Positions 1 to 13,640 of a stretch of DNA of 64,000 nt are shown one piece after another; position 1 is the first letter of the stretch, and the number at the start of each line of letters is the position of its first letter. The notes beneath the pieces are model-generated. The model did no database searches, was not told where the DNA came from, and worked only from the letters and a program-made list of their open reading frames with translations. The stretch spans positions 248,001-312,000 of the forward strand of contig NW_026867623.1 in NCBI RefSeq assembly GCF_020745735.1, read 5' to 3'. This stretch comes from Hemiscyllium ocellatum. Its lineage: Eukaryota. The position numbers were made by a program, and so were the translations under genes.

Positions 1-235
1 GGAGATATCCGAGGAAGAGTCTTTGTACAGAGAGTTGTGCGTGCACGGAATGCACTGCCATCGGTGGTCATAAAGAAAGTTGCATACCGGACAGCTAAGG
101 GACTGCTGGACTAACAACAGGACGGCATTAAGTCAAGGTATGTATAGGTGCATTTGATCTTAGATTGAGATAAATGTCCGGCACAGCATGGTAGGTCGAA
201 GTGTCTGTATTGTGCTGAACTGTTCTATATTCTAG
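1..235 (+). mobile_element. CR1-type LINE 3' end fragment
   Basis: TQRVV/WNALP-like coding remnant followed by a 3' UTR ending in a tgttcta-type tail. Confidence 0.6.
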
Positions 236-249
236 TTTTAGGTAGGAAG

Positions 250-1330
250 TATATGATACAGCGAGATTTAGTTGGCTGGCAGAAGGCAGAGAATAATTGG
301 AGATAGAAAACATTCTGCCCGTAGGTCAGTGTTGAGTAGCGTCTCACAGGGTCTATTCTTGAGTTCTGCTTTTTGTAGTTTTTTAATATAAATGACTGAG
401 ATTAGGAAGTTATGGGGTGGGTTAGTAAATTTTCAGCTGACACAACTTCGGAGATGCCATCGATAGTATGGAGGGCTATTGCAGTCTGCAGCGCGATATG
501 GACAGGATGTGGAGCTGGGCTCATACATTGCAGATGAATTTCAAATTGGACAAATTGGTGTTGCACTTTGGAGCTTCGAACTCAAATGCTGAATATAGGA
601 TTAAAGATAGAATTGCTGGAAGTATGTAGGAACACGAGGAGTTTTGTGTGCAAGTATATATATCCCCAAATTTGCCACCCAAGTAGATAGCATCGTTAAG
701 AAAGCATGAAGGCTTTCATTAACATAGGGATCGAGTGTAAGAGCCACGAGGTTTTGCTACAGCTCTACAAGTCGCTGGTGAGACCACACCTGGAATTTTG
801 AGTCCAGTTTTGGATGTCAATCTTTTATAGGAAAGATATAGAATCTTTGAAGAGGTTGAAAATAACTTTTACCAGGATCCTGCATGGACTGGAGGGATTG
901 ACTTATGAAGGGTGGGTGAATAAGCTCGGACTTTTCTCTCTGGAGAGAAGGTGGAAGATAACTGATCGAGGCAGATAAGATAATGCGAGGAATGGACAGA
1001 GTCAATAGCCAGAGACGTTTCCCCAGGGCAGGGTTGACTGATACGAGGGGTCATAGCTTTAAGATGTTTGGAGAAATGTGTGGATGGGACATCAGAGGAA
1101 GGTTATTGTCGCAGAGAGATGTGAATGCATGGAATGCATTGCCAGCGGTGGCGGTGGAAGCAGTGTCATTTGGGACATTTAAGCGACTGTTGGACATGCA
1201 CATGGATAGCAGTGAATTGAGAGGTGCGTAGGTTAAGTTATTTTAGTTTACATTAGGATTACCACTCAGAACAAGATCGTTTCCTGAGGGGCCTGTTCTG
1301 TGTTGTATTTTTCTATGTTCTATGTTTGTT
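250..1330 (+). mobile_element. CR1-type LINE, 5'-truncated RT C-terminus plus 3' UTR, decayed
   Basis: LYKSLVRPHLEF-VQFW remnant at ~765-815; TRGHSFK and VNAWNALP in ORF 983-1231; (ttctatg)n-like tail at ~1310-1330. Confidence 0.85.
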
Positions 1331-3479
1331 CTCTGTTGTTATATGTTCTCTTATTTTTTTTTGGACTGCTCAAATTGTCTATTCTGAACCAAAACTTCGA
1401 AGCCAGTGTTTCAGATGACTGTCAAGTAATTGGTTATGGACATCAAGTAATAAATTACGAATTTCTGCAGTAAGGATGCTTAATATTGTTGTATTTCTAA
1501 ATTTGCTATGATAATGTTTAACTCAGTGGCACTGACGGAGCATTTCAGAAATTAACAGATGCAAAACTACGGGGAATGCTACCCCAACGTTATGCCATGG
1601 TTCTGGTATTATTGATGTCACATTCATGAAGCAAGGACTCACTTTTCTGAGACTTTAGCTCAATCTGTGAAAGTTTGAACTAGCTTGGCATTTTTTAACA
1701 GGCCGTATTCAATCATGGGTTTTGGGAGCCACCAGCAATGGCTGAGTTCATTTGTCATCTGCAGTATCAATGCAGCAGATGACAGAGGGTGCCTTCTTTA
1801 ATATCTTCTATCTAAGTGCTGAACATACGCACTCAGAGCTGGTTGCAAGGGTATTCCGAAATTATTAAGTTGTGATAGTGAAAGAAACGCAAATTAGTCC
1901 CTAGTCAGGTTGGCATCAGACTTGGACGACAACTTGCAGAGATTCGATCAAACATTTTTCTTTCGCGGACATTACCAGTGCAGAATTGTCTTCTATTCCC
2001 ATTGATCACAGCTTTGCTCAGGATCCTTGATGACACATTCAGTCAAGTACTGCTTTGGTGGTAAGGGAAGTCACTCTGACTTCACCTCAAATGACAGTGG
2101 ACTATCAGCTGAAATTCAAAAGGACAGATCATTATTTGTTCGAAGAATGTGCTCACTGCTCTCACACGTTCAAAAGTAAATTGATACATGGACTTCTGAT
2201 TGTGTCAAGGAGCCTTTGGCCCTACTTGCAATGTGTCTGCGTGTCTAATTGCCGTGATAAAAGGATAGAAAGTTGCTCCACTTTGTACTATGGGTAACAA
2301 GACCATCATGTTCATAGTGTATCCAGCAGTGGCAAACAATCATTATAGCCTGTTCCTAATGGACAGTGATCGTTCCAAACTCATTATTCACTCATAACCA
2401 TTACCGACACTCTAATCAGCAGCATCCATCACACTATTCGGAGAGTGAATACCGAAATCGACGGTCAGGCGAAGTGAGAGTAACAGGAGGATTTGTGTGG
2501 CATACAGTGGGAATGACAGAAGAGGAGTGTGAAGGGGGATGGTCATTGGGAGTTTTCGTAGCAGCAGATGTGACAGTGCAAAGGAAGTAGGAGTGTAAGG
2601 GTAGAGTAGGAAGAAGGCGGACGAGTAAAAATTGGAATGTGCATGACAGGGAAAACAGAGTACTTGGAAAAGAGAGATTGATGGACGGTCAAATATCAAT
2701 GTTTAGGAAAATCAGGACCTGGTTTCAATTGATAATTAAGAACAATTTGCTGCCAATTGAAGTTAGACATTTGATTTTTATTTGATAACCGACAGTGTGT
2801 CTTTCACGTACAATTTAAAAGAATATTTATTCTCATCACTCTATTTCATTGAAGCATACCTAATGAATGAGTCCATACCCATCATGCAGATGAAAACGTC
2901 CTTAATCTCTGACAACCATGCAGGGAATGTTGCAAAGAATATTCTCCAGGTCACATAAAATACCAAACCAAAAATTAGTCCAATATTAATGACATGCAAC
3001 CGTTATGAATAAGGCATGCAGATGGGGCAGAGAAAAAATGCAGACTGCATCTGCATGTTCAATGTGGTTTTCACATAAAAATCGCAACTGCATCTCTCTG
3101 TTAATTCACCGAAATAAGAAAAAAAAAACAAGGGACTGGAATTCTTCATTTATCTTCTGAAAATAGCATCCAGAATACAGGAAGAAAATCACGGTTTGTT
3201 TGTGATATTCATAAATTTTATTTGCCTTTCTTATGAAATGCTGCATCTGCGCAGTACTTTCTGCGTTTAATACAAGAAGAAAACAAGATATGCCATCGTT
3301 AACGCACTTTGAATCTGTTTCCCATTTAAATCATAATTTGCCCCGTTTTGTTTTGGCCAAAATGGACAACCTCGCACATAGCCCCGTCAAACTCCACCTG
3401 CAAAGTTCTTCATCACCTTCCTGGCGTGTCAATATTTATCTGTGAAGTCTGTCTCCTCATCAATGCCTGTATTCCAAAC

Positions 3480-3735
3480 TCCTTCAGTATCAGTTAAGTG
3501 ACAACCAGTGTGTCTGGAATCCCATGTAGACCATACCAGAAATTGATAGCAGTTTCTTTCCCTAAAGTACATTAACGAACTACTTGGGGGTTCCTTACAA
3601 TCGATTCATGGTCACCATCAGTATTGTAATTCAAAAGTGAACTCAGACTCCACCATCTGCCGTGTATGTATTCAAAGCCAAGCCCTCAGAACACCATCTG
3701 GTCTTTTGATCAACAATTGAGCGTTAACATGAGGG
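3480..3735 (-). mobile_element. decayed tRNA-derived SINE, antisense; related to 43810-44115
   Basis: Reverse complement shares gatggtgaccatga and ggtctacatgggattccagac blocks with the plus-strand copy at ~43.9-44.0 kb. Confidence 0.4.
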
Positions 3736-3779
3736 GTCATATAACGCCGATAGGAATTCTGCACAATGCACCTATCTTG

Positions 3780-5890
3780 TGCCAGTAAGACATGTCCCAG
3801 ATTTGCCCTAAAGTTATCCATGGCACCAGTGTTAAAAAGGGTGGAAGGGTTTGCTTTTTAATCAACAACTGGTGGTGAATGCACATTGCAACCTGACGCA
3901 ACCATTGCTCCACAAACCTTGAAATCCTCACCATGAAATGCCGCCACTTCGATCTACGTTTTGAATTTATAGCTGTTTTACTAACTGCTGTGTACATACC
4001 ACCGCAAGCAAAAGTTATGGAAGCTTTGAATATGCTGTACTCCACTACGAACACCCTGGAGATGGAACATCCCGTGGTCCTGTTTATTGTAACTGGTGAC
4101 GCAAATCAAGCCAATGAAGGGAAGGTGTTTACCAAGGGAATCCAATACATTATCTGCTCCACTGGGGACCGAACATTTTTGACCAATGCTACAACGCTGT
4201 GAGGATGGCTACTGCTCCGTCCTCCAAATTCATTTTAGGAACTCCAATGATAGTGTCGTTTTTCTTCTCCCAGCTTACAGTCAAAAGTTCAAGCAAGAGA
4301 CCATCTCGCGGATACAGGTCCAGTGCTGTTTTGAGGTGGCAGAGTTTCGATTCCAGCGCTGTCTGGAATCGGATGACTGGGCCATGTATAAACTGTCTGC
4401 AGGTACCTTCGACGAATATGCCGTCACAGTCTTTATGAGCAAGTGTGCAGAGAACTGAATACCAAGGAAGTCATTCTGGGTGTTCCCCAACAAGAAACTC
4501 TGGCTGAGTCAGGACATACAGAACTTGGTAAAAACCAGGTTTGAGGCATTCTGATCAGGAGAGACACTCAAAGATACGGAATCAAAGAATTACCTTCTCT
4601 GAGCCTTTAAGACAGCCAAGGACCAATACCGATTCAAATTAGAGAATCAGATAGTCAGGAGGCGAAATTGGTTCCGACTGAACGAAGTTACATGTGCTAC
4701 AAAAATAGACAGTGCATTATAGCAGACGATGGCATATCACTCACAGATTGTCTCTACGCTTTTTCTGCGAGTTTGAGCAGAATTTCGGTGGAGCGGTAAC
4801 ACCTCTGCTGGCAAGTCCCACCTTCCTGTCGAAACAGTCTCTGCACCATTGGTCCTATCAGGCTTACTTCATGTGAATCCAAGCGATGGGTTCAAACAGA
4901 GCACCATGCCTTGCACTCAGAACATGTGCAGATCAACTGGCAGAGGCGTTCTCGGACATCTTCAATCTCGCCATGTAGCAGGCCGTTGTATCTGCCTGTT
5001 TCAAGAGGGCCAACATCATTCCTATTCCTGTGAAAGCTCATGCAGCATGACTCAATGACGAACGCCCAGTGGCTCAAACCTCGGTGGTCATGAAGTGCTT
5101 TAAAATACTGGTCATGGCATTAATAAATTCCAGCCTCGCCACGACTCTTAACCCTCACCAATTTGCATCTCGGACCAACAGATTCAAGTCAGATGCCATG
5201 CCCCTTGCCCTTCACTCCTCCCGCAAACACCTTGACAACACTTACAACTACGGAAGAACCATAGTCATTGACCACAGTTCAGTTTTCAACACTATTAGAC
5301 CTTCGAGACTGACTGCTAAACTTAGTCATATCGGACAGAACCCGATTTTCTGCATTAGGATCCTCGGTTTCCTGACCAACAGGCCAAAAATTAGTGAATT
5401 CAGGGGACTTTATTTCATCATCACTAGAGCAGCCAACCCGCACCGCCCCATTTGCTGCGCACTCAGCCCGAGTGTACTCATTGTATATCCATGACTGAGT
5501 CGCCAAATACCAGACTAATGCCATTTACAAGTTCGCAGATAATACCACCACAGTTGGTCGAACCCCAGAGAGTGACGAAACAGACTATAGCAGGGAGGTA
5601 GAAGATCTGGGAAAATGGTGCACTGAAAATGTTGGCAAAACCAAGGAAGTCATTACTGACTTTTGGCGGGATGGCACACATGAACCACTTTCCACCCCCC
5701 CACCCCCACCCCCCCAAACACACACACATACACACACTTTACGACTTTCGAGGTGGAACGAGTTGGGAGTGTCATTCTCCAGGACGTTTCTCTCATAACA
5801 AACTTATTTGGACTGTTCACGTGGACACATTAGGTACAGGGGCCGATCAGCGTCTCTTCTTCCTCAGACATCTGAGCATATTGGCATGAC
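3780..5890 (+). mobile_element. Rex1/Babar-like LINE remnant (APE endonuclease plus RT), many stops and frameshifts
   Basis: AVYIPPQA (ORF 3933-4202); EYAVTV (4186-4458); PVAQTSVVMKCFKILV...LNPHQFA...DHSSVFNTI (5069-5494); KFADNTT remnant at ~5530. Confidence 0.75.
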
Positions 5891-8800
5891 GTCAAATACG
5901 ATGGTGATAGCTCTTACGAGGAGACATAGGTTTAAATTGAGGGTTGATAGATATATGACAGATGTCAGAGGTAGATTTTTTTCACTCAGGGAGTCGTAAG
6001 GTCGTGGAACTCACTGACTGAAACAGAACAAGACTCGTCAAATGTAAGGACGTTTAGACGGACATTGGATAAACATATGAATTAAAATGGAATAGTATAG
6101 GATCGATTGGCTTCAGATCCATAGGTCCGCGTGGGATGAATGATCTTTTTTGTTGAAGTTGAGTACATTTATTGTCGTATTTACGTTATTGCTAAATAGC
6201 TGAAGCTTGAACATTATATTTTGAACTTTCGTTAATTAATTATATTTAAAACAATGAAATGTTCATTAAATTGTTCAATCGTTTGCTCACTGTGTCTATT
6301 TAATAGCTCAGCAATCAACCACATTGGAAATATGAGAGTGACAATGTATTCCTTTCAATACTGACATTGAATATGCAATTGTCATCACCACAACATTGAG
6401 ACAACGTGTACTTTTTCTTAATATTAAAAAAAAATTTAAATTTTGTATTGATTTCTTTGTAGTTCCATAAATTTCGTACAATGTTATTGTTTTCAGAGAT
6501 AATGCAAATAACGTATTGTTGAATACTTTTACTCACATCTTCGCATTGCCCAATACACAGAAAATCAAAAGATTTCATTCGGATCAGTAAAACTGCTCCT
6601 AAAACTGTACAGAGAACTTCCAAGTTGGGTCAGGAATATTATTTAAACATTCGTTTACAACAAGTCATTTGGGATCCACCTTTGGCATTGTGGTACCTAG
6701 CCAACAGACGATCACTGCTCTCAGTATAAGTACAAATGCTTTCCAAATTAGACACCAATGACTGAACAGCAACCAGGCCTTTCAGATTCATCTTCAGTCA
6801 GAGCCTGATGCAGGGAGTAGATGCATGGTTACGAATTATCAGAATGCACCTCACAAGCTGCTTATCTTGATGACAGGAGGTCTGCCTCCCATGCTTCATT
6901 CATCTGCACCCTGGACCAGACCCTTGATGAATATATTAACAATTGAATAATCTCCTGTCGCACTTGTTGTCTCACACTAAATCCTCTAAACACGTATCCA
7001 CAAAAGTCACCTTCATATTCGCCAATAGTAAAATATAAGTTTACAACTGCGTGTATGGTCAGAGATTAAAATATGGGTCATCTAAAATGCTTCTTAGTGG
7101 GCTTAACTCGAGATCGGTTCCAGTAGAATGCATCTGAAAAAAGGCAAACGGCAAGACAAGAATGACATTAGTAAGTAAGTATTGTGGATTTTGTCGGGCC
7201 TCGGTCACCATACATTATGTACTGACACTCAGTTGAATATAACAATGTGCACCATAACTGGAAGTCTTGACCTTACACCCCTCCCAGCTTCCTGACCTCA
7301 CACAAGTCACTCCTTCAAACATGTATCAATCCACAAGTTGGGTGATTCCGTTTGTGTTTCACCCCAACTTTCCAATTCCAAATTATCCTGTTCAACTCAC
7401 TGACTCACGAATTTTCATTTCAGGGCGATGGATTTTGCTGTCTTCTTGAACAAGTATGTCCCAAAATCCTATGGCTCATGGAATGGAAAACAGAGGAAAG
7501 CACGAACCATTTCATTGTGAGAAACCTCATTTGGTGAAAGGCAGGTTTGAATTAACAGGGTTAGAGTGATCATTACTCAAAAAATGTAAGCACAAGACAG
7601 GACCCTGCACAGATGTGCAGCATCCCTCTGAGCACGTTCACTTACAGTTGCTGAGTTAAACAGCATGTAAACAGACCTTTCCGCCCAACCCATGCTTACT
7701 GACTCGGTATCCTAACCTACTCCAATCCCATTTTCCAGCATTTGGACCTCTGAACTATTCCGATTCATTTAAGCATGCAGATGCCTTTTATCTATTATAA
7801 TTGTACCAGTAACCACGACTTCCTCTGTCAGCTCATTCCATACACGCACCATGCTCTGCATGAAAATATTGCCCCTTCCGTCCATTTTATATTTTCTCCT
7901 GTCATCCTGAACCTATGCCCTCTGGTTCTGGACTTGGTCACTCCATCGAAAATAATTTGTCTAATTGCCCTATCCTGCACCTCATGTATTTTACAAACCT
8001 CTGCAGTGCTACCACTCAGCCTTCGTCGCTGCAGGAAAACAAGTCCAGCCTATGCACCCTCTCCCTGTAGCTAAAATATTCCAACTCTGGCAACATCTTG
8101 TAAAATCTTTCTAAACTCGTTCAAGCTTCTCAACATCCTTTCGATTGGAAGGAAACCAGAACTGCACGCAATATTCCAAAGCTGGCCTAACCAATGTCCT
8201 TTAGAGTCGAACTATGATCTGATAACTCAGATTCCCAGTGCTCTGACCAATAAAGGAAACCGTACATAATGATGTCTTCGCTGTCCTATCTAGCTGCGTC
8301 TCTAATTTCAAGCAGCTTGGAACCTGCAATCCGAAGTCTCCCTTTTCAGCAAACTTCCTAGGATCTTACCATTAAGCATATAACTCTTGTTCTGATTGAG
8401 TTTCAGAAGTGTGGCATCTCATATTTAGATAAAGTATTCTCCATCTTTCATTACTCAGCACATTGGCATAACTGATCGAGATCCTGTTGCAATCTGAGGT
8501 AAACCTCTTCGCTGTCGTCTGCACCTCCAATTTTACTGTCATCTGCCAACTTTGCAGATATACCTCTTATGATCACATCCAAACCGCTAAAATAAATGAC
8601 GAAAATAAGTGGACCCAGCATCGACCCATGGAGCACAGCAGTGACCTTCTGACGAAAACGCAGCACTCCATCATCCTCTGTCTTTTACCTTTGAGTCAGA
8701 TCGGTTTCCAAATGGATACTTATTCCGTATCCCATAAGATCTAACCTTGCTAAGCAGTCTCTCCTGAGGCATTTTTTTTCCACACCTCACTGTTTTCAAC

Positions 8801-8984
8801 ATAGATCACGTCCTCCACTCTGTCATCATCAATACTCTTTGTTACTTCTTCAAAGACAACTCAATCAAGTATATGAAACATGACCTCCCACGCGCAACGC
8901 CATGCTGACTATCCCTAATCTCCCCTTATATTTATCAATGTATGTAAATGTTGTGGTTCTGCTCGCCGAGCTGGAAGTTTTTGC

Positions 8985-9026
8985 TGCAAACGTTTCGTTC
9001 CCTGGCTAGGGAACATCATCAGTGCT
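8985..9026 (-). ncRNA. minimal type I hammerhead ribozyme (mirror copy in the palindrome)
   Basis: Exact reverse complement of 9321-9362. Confidence 0.75.
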
Positions 9027-9320
9027 GTTGGAGCCTCGTGTGAAGCGCTGCTTTGATGTTTCTTCCGGTATTTATATTGGTTTGTTCTTTCCGCTTCCGG
9101 GTGTCAGTTTCAGCTGCAGTGATTTGTATGTGGGGTCCAGGTCGATGTGTCTGTTGATGGATGTTCTTGCCGTACGGCAAGAACATCCATCAACAGACAC
9201 ATCGACCTGGACCCCACATACAAATCACTGCAGCTGAAACTGACACCCGGAAGCGGCAAGAACAAACCAATATAAATACCAGAAGAAACATCAAAGCAGC
9301 GCTTCACACGAGGCTCCAAC

Positions 9321-9362
9321 AGCACTGATGATGTTCCCTAGCCAGGGAACGAAACGTTTGCA
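9321..9362 (+). ncRNA. minimal type I hammerhead ribozyme (PLE-associated)
   Basis: GCA-CUGAUGA-U-[GUUCCCU agcc AGGGAAC]-GAAAC-GUU-UGC: conserved core, 7-bp stem II, palindromic minimal stem III, short stem I. Confidence 0.75.
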
Positions 9363-10802
9363 GCAAAAACTTCCAGCTCGGCGAGCAGAACCACAACAAC
9401 GGATATCCGAGCAACAAATCTTCAATCAGATTTTAAATGTATGTAAATCCTATTCCTCAGGATACCCTTCAACAACTTGCCCATAACGATGTTAGGCTCA
9501 GTGGTGCATAGTTCCATGGCTTTTCCTTACTATATTTCAAAAAACTTAAAACACGTTAGCTAACATCTAATCTTCCAGCACCGCACCTGTGAGTGTCGAT
9601 TATACAAATATCTCAGCTCGGGGCCCAGCAATGACTTCCATAGCTTCACTCAGAGATCAAGGGTGCACTTGATCTGTTCCCTATTTATCAACTTTTATAT
9701 GTTTCAAGACATCCAGGACTTCCTCCCCTGTAATATGCACATTTTCCAATTTGTCACCATCAATTTGCCCACATTCTACATCTTTCATAGATGTAGGAGT
9801 TTCATGCTCCACAGGACACCCTGATGCATAACAATTGTTTCGTATTTCCCCTACCTTCTGCGGCTCCATGCATAGGTCGCCTTGTTGATATGTGAGGAGC
9901 TGTATACCGTCTCTCGCCATCCGTTTGTCTTTAATGTATTTTTGAAATCCCTTTGCATTCTCCTTCACCCTATTTGACAAAGCTATTTCATATCCCATTT
10001 CGCCCTCCCGATTTCCCACTTAACTAACTTCTTACTGCCTTTGTTCTCTTCCAATCTCAATCTCTCCTATCTATACCTCTCATATGCTTTCTTCTTTTCC
10101 ATAATCAAAGACCCATTTCCTCTCGTCATCCAGCAGATACGACACCTACCAGCTTTTCTTCTCAACTGAAGAGGAATACAGTGTCTCTGGCCTCTCGTTC
10201 TCTCATTTTTGAAGGCTTCAAATTTTCTAGTTCTTCATGTAATGGTCAAAATATTCCGCAATCAGCCTTCGATTACTTTTACCTTATACCATCAAAATTA
10301 GCCATTCTCCAACTTAGGGATTCAACTATTAGATTCGGCGTTATGGAGACACAAACAACAATGCCCAGTCGTGAAGGATGTCCCTTCTGCGCCTTGAGGC
10401 GGGAGTTTCTAACCAGAAACTCATGCCATGTGTTGGTGATTGCTCGGTTTTGAAAAGTCGCCAAAAACAAAATGACGATTTAACAAATATCACATTTTTC
10501 AGCTCCATGGTTGCATTTTCCGTCATTTTGGGCAGACTGACAGCAACAGGTGAATGACTGCACAACTCCGAGGTCCAGGGTGTGATATTCTTGTTTGGAT
10601 GTCCTTTACCTGAATGCTGGGAATATTAAGCGCCAGAGAGATGAGGTAAGGGAGTAGATTGACATGTGGAATAGAGAATTTTTTTTTTACCATTGCTGAG
10701 AGTTGGTTGAGGCAGATAAGGGCGCGCAAATCAGTATTCTGGTAAATGGAAACTCGAGCCAGGACAGGACAGGGTATGAAAGAGCAGGATTTGTTTCATA
10801 TT

Positions 10803-10940
10803 ATTGTGGTTCTGTTCGCCGAGCTGGAAGTTTTTGTTGCAAACGTTTCGTCCCCTGGCTAGGCGACATCATCAGTGCTTTGGAGCCTCCTTCGAAGCGC
10901 TTCTATGATGTTTCTTCCGGTATTTATAGTGGTCTGTCCT
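10803..10940 (-). mobile_element. Penelope-like pseudo-LTR fragment with hammerhead core at 10838-10878
   Basis: Highly similar to 8951-9080; minus strand reads GCA-CUGAUGA-U-GUCGCCU-AGCC-AGGGGAC-GAAAC-GUU-UGC. Confidence 0.75.
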
Positions 10941-11289
10941 TGAAATGTTTTGAAATTTATTTTAGAGAGTTTTTTAAAAAACTGTCGCTCGAAGCCACAG
11001 AAGGGACAACGCAGCGCTGGGCCTTACTGTTGAAAATGAAGCCAACAAGGTTTTACAGGCAGATTTACAGGAGTGAATATTGGGACCAATAACTTTAACA
11101 TGATACATTTTAAATTTGTTAAGGAAATGACGAAAATAAAAGATGATTGTAAAATAATGTTTTCTAGATTAGGGACACAGATTTGGTTAAAAAAAAGACA
11201 GGATATGGCGCAAGTCGTCGAGAGCATATACCTTTGAGTCAAGTTGTAGCAGAACAGTGTTCTGGCTGTGGGGGGGAACACCTCATGCT

Positions 11290-13640
11290 CAAAATGGATT
11301 TGTCAAGCGTATGGTCCCAACATGTTACATCTAAGATCAAATTTAGGAAAACAAACCCAGAGAGCATTGATTGCCTGGAAATGTTAAGAACGGAATGAAA
11401 ACATAAGGAGAAGCTTAAGTTCCGTATAAAGTGAGCAGATGAACCGAGGTCAGGTCAGCCCTGAGCAAATGTAGGGCTGGACGTAAGGAAGTAAGTAGAA
11501 AACCAAAAAGTGGGTATGATTAAACATCAAGGGCTAAGATTAACAAGAATCCTAAGATAGTCTTTCGGTCTCTCAAGGGGAAGAGGATAACGCAGGAAAG
11601 AATGAACCTATGAAAATAAAACAAATGGGAGGAAGTAAGAAGGTAAGGGAATTGTGTTTTGTTATAGAAATTGCCTCGCCTGTTTAGCGGAAGAAGGAGG
11701 CTTATGTGACAATAATACGAGGTTGCTCAGATAAGGCGATGGAGAGTTACAGATGAGCGAGGAAGGATTTAAAGAGAGAGTTCAGATGAGCAAAGAGAGG
11801 GCATGCGAAGTCTTTAACAGGTACAATAGATGCGAACCATCAAGCCTTCTCTTGGTAGGTAAGGGATAAAAAGATAACGAATATAGGAATAGGGCCAGTC
11901 AAAGACAGAAGTGGGAAGTTGTGTGTGTAACCTGCGGAGTTCGGATAGCGTCGAAATGATTATTTCTCATCGGTTTTCAGTCAGGAAAAGAAGCATCCTG
12001 AAGAGGAGAAGAGTGAGATACGAGACAGTTGACCAACAAGGATCGAGATTAGTGAGGAAGAGGTATTATTAATTCTGGATAGACTGAAAATAGACAACTC
12101 GCCTAGACGATAGAGGATTAATCCGAGGATTTTCTGGAAAGCAAGCGAGGAGGCTTTGGAGCCTTTGGCCTTGATCAATGAGTTTTTATTTTCGACAGTA
12201 TAGTACCAGAGGACTGGAGGAATGCAAATGTTGTGCCCATGTTCAAAAGAGCCATTGGAGATAACCCAGTTAATGATAGACCAGTGAGCCTTATTTCATT
12301 TGTAAGAAACGTTTTGTATAGGATTATGAGATATAGGATTTATAATCATCGAGCAAGCAACAATTTGATTGCAGATCGTCAATATGGATTCGGCAAAAGC
12401 AGGTTATGTCTGAAAAATGTCATTGAGTTGTTTGAGAAGGTGACCAACCATGTCGACGAGGGTCGGGCAGTTGATGTAGTGTACATAGACTTCAGTAAGG
12501 GCTTTGATCAAGTTCCATATGGTCGGTGTTTGGAGAAACTGCAGAGTCACAGGATTGAGGGTGATTTAGCAGAGCAGATTAGAAACTGACTTTCTTTAAG
12601 AAGGAAGCGAGTGGTGGTTGATGAAATATATTCACCTTGGATTCCGGTCACAAGTGATGTGCCACAAGAATCTGTTTTGGGACGACTGCTGTTGGTCATT
12701 GTTGCAAGCGTCTTCGACATAAGTATGGGCGGATGGATAATTACGTTTGCGGATGGCACTGAAGTCGGTGGAGTAGAGGACAGTGTGGACGAATGTTGCA
12801 GGTTGCAGAGGGACTTGGATACACTGCAGAATCTGGCAGAGACGTTGCAAACAGAGTTCAATGCAGATAAGTGTGAGGCAGTTCACTTTGAGATGATTAA
12901 CATGAAGGCAGAATAATAGGTAAATGGAAAGATTTTTGGTAGTGTGGATATGGAGAGGGAACTTGATGACCATGTGCATAGGACTTTGAAAAGTGCCACC
13001 GATGTTGGTAGTGCTGTTGAGAGGGCATACGTTATCTCAGGTTATATTGTTAGAGGGATTGAGTTTTGGAGCCGTAATCCTTTGCTGCAACAAAAGAAAA
13101 ACTTGTGCAGCCGCACTTTGAATATTGTGTACATTTCTGTTCTCCCTATTACAGGAAAGATGTGTAAGCATTGGAAAATGTTCCGGCGACATTTAGGATG
13201 ATATTGCCTGGTCTGGACGGAAGGTCTTATGAGGAAAGGCTGAGAGACTTGGGTCTGTTCTCATCGGAGAAAAGGGATAAGAAGGGATTTGATGGAGACA
13301 TATAAGATGATCAGAGGATTAGATAGAGTAGACAGAGGAGGTGCCTTTTTTAGGATGATGACGTCAGCTTGTATGAGGGGGCATAAGTGCAAATTAAGAG
13401 GTGACAGATTTATGACAGATTTTAGAGGCAGGTTCCTTACTCAGAGAGTGGTAAGGGCATGAAATGTCCTGTCTGACAATATAGTTATCACCACCACATT
13501 AAGGAGATTTAAACAATTCGTGAATAAGCTACGAGATGATGATGGAATAATGTATGAGAATGCACTTAGATTAGTTCACAGGTCTGCACAACATCGAGAG
13601 CCGAAAGACCTGTTCTGCTCTGTATTGTTCTATGTTCAAT
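11290..13640 (+). mobile_element. CR1-type LINE ORF2 remnant with 3' UTR (possibly two adjacent fragments)
   Basis: NDRPVSLIS...QYGFGKSRLCLKN...VDVVYIDFSKGFDQVP (ORF 12233-12589); VPQESVLG...FADGTEVGG (12611-12916); tail at ~13625-13640. Confidence 0.9.

Larger units (their letters stand above)
8950..9435. mobile_element. Penelope-like element fold-back insertion (inverted pseudo-LTR, 450-bp palindrome plus one-sided tail) with 13-bp TSD
   Basis: 8949-9398 is self-reverse-complementary, centred at 9173/9174, with about 2 mismatched pairs. TSD aatgtatgtaaat at 8937-8949 and 9436-9448. Arm encodes SINRHIDLDPTY, matching the PLE C-terminus at 48310-48555. Confidence 0.85.
7650..10325 (-). mobile_element. 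CR1-type LINE, decayed, interrupted by a Penelope-like insertion
   Basis: LHGSMLGPLIFVIY...KLADDSKIGG (ORF 8451-8666); GYEIALSNRVKENAKGFQKYIK (9681-10019); WRMANFDGIR. Confidence 0.85.

Noticed and set aside
2860-3060. Hydrophobic exon-like segment on the minus strand
   Set aside because: All frames contain stops and I cannot assign a family.
9022-9325. Near-identical 71-aa ORFs on both strands
   Set aside because: A consequence of the palindrome, not evidence of coding.
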